A program made the translations under genes and the position numbers. 64,000 nt of DNA, from positions 92,815 through 156,814 of the forward strand of contig DF237134.1 in NCBI GenBank assembly GCA_000708835.1. Direction: 5' to 3'. Each line of letters starts with the position of its first letter. Positions within the stretch are counted from its first letter, which is position 1. The notes beneath the pieces were generated by a model. The model did no database searches, had not been told where the DNA came from, and worked only from the letters and a program-made list of their open reading frames with translations. This document shows, piece after piece, positions 59,075 through 64,000 of this stretch. The DNA is from Klebsormidium nitens (lineage: Eukaryota > Plantae > Klebsormidiophyceae).

Positions 59075-62000
59075 AAACACGAGTCACCCCGTGGAACGCT
59101 TGACGTACTTCCGCCTCACCACTTTGCGCAAGAATCTCAATCTCTTCCCGCAGGCGGCTCCCGCTGTCAAACACGTGGCGGACCTCCCTTCAACCCCGCC
59201 CCAGACGCCCCCTCGGGAGTCTCCACCGACCGCAACGCAACAGAGCGCCCAGCACGAGAAAAGCGGAAAACTAGACCGGGACGAACCCCCAGAAGCCCGC
59301 CAGCCGGCGTGGAAGAGGGACGGGTTCGTCGAGTCGCTCTCGCAGCCGAGCCAAGCCGACTTTCCCCCTTGCGCTTCTGACGAGATTCCCGGGGATAAGC
59401 CCTCGAGTGCGGAACTCAAAAGCGCTGCGGCGCCGTCAAACCCTCCGCGACCCTCTGATCCCGCAAAACCTTCAAACCCTGCAAACCCTGCAAACCCTGC
59501 CAAAACCCTAAACCCGGAGAGGCCTGCCGAGGCTGGCCCCAAGGCTCCCGAGCTGGTGCTTGAGGAGTCCCCGGTTGGAGAGTCTCCAGAAATGGAGCCG
59601 GTCAAGGCGGATGAGGTTAGGCGGAGTCCCCGGAAGAAAGGGCAGGAGGGGCGACCGGGGGAAGCAATGGCAGGCGGTTGGAGGAACCGGGAAAAGCACG
59701 TGGGCGGTCGGAAGGAGGCGGGGGGCGGTCGGAGGGAAACTCCGGGCGGTCGAAAAGACATCGTGGGCGGTCGGAAAGAGTTCGCGGGCGGTCGGAAGGA
59801 TGTTGTGGGCGGTTCAAGAGAGCCTCCGGGCATCCCAGAAGTGGACAAAAGGTTTCGGGGGGAAGGCGCCGGGGCTGGAAGGGATTCTGGTGGCGGTCGG
59901 GAGAAGGTTTCGAACATCTGGGCGAATCCTTCTCGACGCCCCCTGAGCCAGGCGCAAAAGGGCCGCGTCACTTTTGTACGTCCGCAGAGGCACGACTTCG
60001 TCCGGAACTCCTCGCAGGCGGTCGCTGACGTGGCACGGAGGATGCGGGAGGTCACCCAAAGAGCCGCTCGGGAAAACAGTGCTTCGGCGAAGACTCTTCG
60101 AGAGAAGCGTGCTCGAGGAAAAGAGGCGTCGGCTTCGGACGGTCGCCGGACGCGAAGCGGGCGTCCGAACAAGCGGCCAATGGACAGCCAGTTTCTGGTG
60201 TATGGGGAGGGGCGAGCAGCATCGAGCCGTTGCGAGAAACAGACTGGGTCTCGAGAGACAGGCGCTGAGAAGAATGGCTTCAGCGAGTTGCCTTTCGAGG
60301 GGACAGGGCAAACTGAGGGCAGTGATAGTGACGACTTTGGGGAGGAACAAGCAGGGGAAGCAGGGGATCTGCGGGGAGGAGAGAGGGGTGACGCAGGGGT
60401 GACGTCAGGGGGGCTGAAGTGGCCGGAAGACCGGAAGCGGAAGCGGCTGCCGGGGTCCCAGGAGAGTCGGGAGAAGCGCCCGAAAGGAGGGGATGCCGAA
60501 GGAAAGGAAGGCAGGGAGAAGGGCCACGTGGCAGCAGGGAAAACGACCAGGTATGGTCACAGGAATCGGGAGAAAGCGGCAGGGAAAAGAAGCGCGGGAA
60601 AAGGAAAGGGAAAAGCAAGTGGGTTTTCTGGCGGGGTTGGAAAAATGTCCGACGATGGTGCAGCGAAAACGGAGGAAGGAGTCCCGGAAAGTGAAGGGTT
60701 TGGTCTGAGAAGGAGGATGCGGCGCAAGTGTTTTTCCAAGTATAAACGCGCACAGAAAGTAACGCGGAGGGAGAGTGAGAAGCCTAGCGAGAAGGCGCGG
60801 GGAGGAGTCACGACGCGTCATGGTGCCGCGCTGACCAAGGGGCTGAGGCTCAGGAAAGGGTCGAAGGTTTTGAGGTCCAATGCGGAGGGGACACGTGGCA
60901 AGTTGAAAAAGCGAGCAACCGCTGGTAGTAAGGCAGCGCCGGAAGGTCCAACTGAAGCAGAACGACCGGGAAGAAGGACGGCCGTCGATACCGAGGCTGC
61001 TGAGGCATCAGCGGAAGGGTCGGATGACGTCAGAGGAAAGTCGGATGACGTCAGCGGGGATGAAGGTAAAACAGCCAGTCCGAAACGAGCCCCCGGGAGA
61101 CGGGTCAGCTTCCAGGCGGTGTCTCCGGCCTCCCCCGCCCGTCGGTCCTCTGCGTTTGGGACCCAGCAGGCCGCCGCGGCGATCTTCGAGATGGCGGGGG
61201 CTGACGTCGTGGATGACGTCAGCGGATCCCCGGCTGCGAAGGGCGGGGGCGCGGCGACGCCGAGGCGGAGTCCTAGGGGGAAGAAGGTGGCGGGAAAGCC
61301 GGTGAGCGGGGAAAAGGATTGGTCCGGCGGAGTCCGCCGGAAGGACGACGAGGAGGTGCGAGAGGGAGTGAGGAAACGAGGTGACGCTGAGCCTGACGTC
61401 ATCGACCTCCGGGGAAATGGTGGGCGGGAAAAGAAGGCGGGGAGACGGGGGCCGATCCTGTCGAGTTGTCGTCAGAACCCGACGAGCAGCGAGCGGGGAG
61501 CCAAGAAGAGGAAGCTGTCGGACATCGGGACCGGCGGGGATGCGTCCGAGGGGTGCCACATGGCAAAGAGTGCCCGGTCCCAGAGCCCGGCTGCCAGGAA
61601 AGGAAAGCGGGTTAAGTCGGACATCGAGCTTTCAGAGGAAGACGGCGAGCCGGTACCGAGCGGGCCGCTTTTCGCGGGCTGCCGGTTCCTGCTGACCGGG
61701 CTTGAGACGGGGCAGAAAGAGAAGCTCACCGCGCTTCTTACGCAGCATGGCGGGCAGATTTTTGCTGACATCCCGGAGCCTCCTAGCAGGGGGGCAAATC
61801 TGGGGGCGGATCATACCCCCAGCCCGCTGAAGCCGAGGCGGCGCCATGCCCCGGGGCAGCCGGAGGCGACCATCGTGATTGCGGGCAGGCCTGTGCGGAC
61901 GCCCAAATTCTTGTACGGGTGCGCGGTTGGTTCGTGGCCGGTCCGAAGCGCGTGGGTGTCCGCTTGCGTGAAAGCGGGAACGCTGGTTTCGCGAGCGAAG

Positions 62001-63741
62001 TTCGAAAGCCCCCGAACGGAAACGTCCGCGAAGAATGGCACTGAAAAGTTTGTTGAGGAAGGCAAGGCGAGCGGCGGGGGAAAGAAGAGGGGGAGTGCGG
62101 GCGTTTCCGGGCGGAACCAAGCGGAAGAGCGGAACGGAAAGGAACTAGAGCAAGGCGTCCTCGCGGGCTTGCATTTGCACCTGCACGGGAGCGCGAGGTT
62201 CAAGAAGACGTGGGCGGATCTGGTGCGGCACGCAGGGGGCCACGTGTGCCGGTCGCTGGAGCACGATTGGGCGCACGCGGTGCTGCTGGAACCAGGAGTC
62301 GACGCGCCGCCGGATCTGAAGCGCGCGGCCAGGCGGGCGAAAGTTTCGATCAAGGTAAGGCGATGGAATTTGAATGTCCTTGTCGTTGAGCAGATTAGGT
62401 CAGTGTACTGTCGAAGGGCGCGGCGAACTGTGCCAAAATCCCTATCAAGGTGAGATTGTGACATGATATGTCCGTTTTTGAAGACCGGTCGACGAGCTGT
62501 GCACTCGTATCGGGGCAGTCAGGCAGGGAGTGCTTTTGTCTACGTGCAATCTGGTTGAGTCGGTGGGACCGACTTGCTGGCTAGCAAGATTCACTATCGT
62601 CACGTGTCTCTGAGACGCGAAACCTGGATCTTCGTTTTAGAGAGTTCGACGAGTATACAATTCCTCAGTCCGTTCTTCAAACGTTTTTGCCTGTTCCAAC
62701 CTCCCACTTTCCTCGCACTTGCTCGGTAAAATTGAGGTGATATCGGGCGATAAGCCAGGGTTGGTAAGCCGCTACGAATAAGTCAGAGCTAGCCCATCCA
62801 TTTGGAAGTTTGCAGCCGTCCGTTGACGTAGTTCGAAGCACAAGCCGTCGGTGCGGCCCGCTCTCAAAGCGCATGCAGCGTCAAGCATCAATAACTACAT
62901 CCAATGTTTACAAGATGGTCACTTCTAGAGTTTGCTAAAGCTCGTTCCGTCCACTTTGCAGACCCTGGACTGGGCCGTCGACGCTCTCCTGTCGGGCAGC
63001 CGCCCGGCCGACTTTCCAAACCCGCCAAACCCCCAAACTCTCGAGCAAGCCCTCTCACCCTCGGGAGCCGCAAGGCGCGACCAAGACAGCCCCAAGCATC
63101 CCCCAAAGAGGCGAAAGTCGAGCCTTGCTTCTAGCGACGAACTTTTACGAAAAGGCAAGGACCCGGAAGAGGCCGGCGAGCCAGATCACGCTCCCCGAAA
63201 TGTCCGAGAGGAAACTCCGCCGGAGGGGGGAGCTGCCTGGGAGGGTTTGGGCCTGCGAGAACCCCCCCCACTGCCGCCAGACGCTCTTACGGCGCCCGGG
63301 GAGTCGGACGTCCGCCCCGCAAAGCGGACGTACTTTTCGGTGGTGACGAGCGCCGGCGAGCGGTACCGGATCGGTGACGCGGCAGAGACTCAAGCTGACG
63401 GAAGCGCGAGCGCGCGCGTCGTCCAGCTGATGTCACTGTGGGAGTTGCCCGGGAATGGCGGGGAGGGGTGTATGCGGGCCACGTGTCGGCTTTTCATGCG
63501 CCCCCAGGAGACTGAGTTTCCAATTGGAGGCATGAGTGGTTTGGGGGCTAACCAAGGGTTAGCGGAAAGTGGTTTGCAGGAGGTGTATCTGTCCAGCGTG
63601 GTGCAAGAATTGGATGTGTCGGAGCTTAGGAGAAAGGTACATGTGGCAAGGAGCACAGGAGGTGCTGGTCCGAGTGCTGGTTTCCTATGTAGATTCTTCT
63701 ACGATGCGGAGCGGGAGATCTTGCAAAAGCTCAAAGGGTGA
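59075..63741 (+). CDS. Large disordered, basic protein with C-terminal tandem BRCT domains followed by a BAH domain
   Basis: Exon ~59075..62354 (donor AAG|GTAAGG) joins 62962..63741 in phase. BRCT1: LFAGCRFLLTGL..LLTQHGGQI..RTPKFLYGCAVG..VRSAWVSAC. BRCT2: VLAGLHLHLHG..LVRHAGGHV..TLDWAVDALLSG. BAH: YRIGDAAE..ARVVQLMSLWE..CRLFMRPQET..EVYLS..FLCRFFYD. Upstream exon and start are unresolved. Confidence 0.85.
59703..59828 (+). repeat. 21-bp coding tandem repeat x6 (GGR[KR][ED]xx heptapeptide)
   Basis: GGCGGTCG(G/A)A.. recurs every 21 nt, encoding GGRKEAG GGRRETP GGRKDIV GGRKEFA GGRKDVV GGSREPP. Confidence 0.9.
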
Positions 63742-64000
63742 CGTAAACATACGACAGGAGAAATTGTTCTCGCCTTTGCGGGGGCAATTGAAAATTTAAG
63801 TGCCGACTCTTGCACGGACGGAGAACTTCTCTGTGCCAGCACTGTCCCCGACTACGTTAATGTCGTGCCGTAATGAGTCGAGGCTGTGCCGTGTCGGGTG
63901 CGCTCAACATATGCAGTCGAAGCGAAAAAGCATGATGCCTATGTAATAAGCTACGTGAAATAGCAAAATCTTATCTCACTCCGGTTAAAAACCCTATGTC

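Noticed and set aside
59084-60172. 362-aa minus-strand ORF, and similar long antisense ORFs across 52-62 kb
   Set aside because: Shadows of GC-rich, low-complexity sense exons.
7293-63741. Functional 'chromatin gene cluster' (NRP, H3-mimic F-box, CPR5, BRCT-BAH)
   Set aside because: The genes are interspersed with unrelated ones and such functions are common. Nothing in the sequence shows co-regulation, and synteny cannot be tested here.
1-64000. CRISPR array or prokaryotic/phage operon
   Set aside because: No repeat-spacer periodicity. The tandem repeats are two-copy duplications or coding repeats, and the genes are spliceosomal.

Overview
Eukaryotic nuclear DNA, gene-dense, with GT-AG introns and GC-rich exons. 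It combines plant-type genes (CPR5, EID1-like F-box, NRP/SET chaperone) with ciliary dynein subunits (D1bLIC/DYNC2LI1, outer-arm LC4), which points to a flagellate streptophyte alga such as Klebsormidium (inference). Multi-exon models were built by hand for PIG-X, NRP, DYNC2LI1, LC4, an epoxide-hydrolase-like enzyme ending in SKL, an EID1-like F-box protein, CPR5, a tandem-BRCT+BAH protein and a giant disordered protein. The window also holds a triplicated head-to-head module (orphan 2-TM gene / coiled-coil-BTB gene) and a solitary 5S rRNA gene. Two items stand out. (1) A 213-nt Pol III-type RNA gene at 58247-58459 has a tRNA-Ala shell (G3:U70, A73), but a long helix and a ~100-nt loop replace the anticodon arm, giving a tmRNA-like architecture in a nuclear genome. 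(2) An F-box protein starts with an in-register histone H3 tail mimic (M-ARERITGRKTTGGKAP..LA). No CRISPR arrays or intact transposons were seen. All calls come from reading the sequence; no searches were run.
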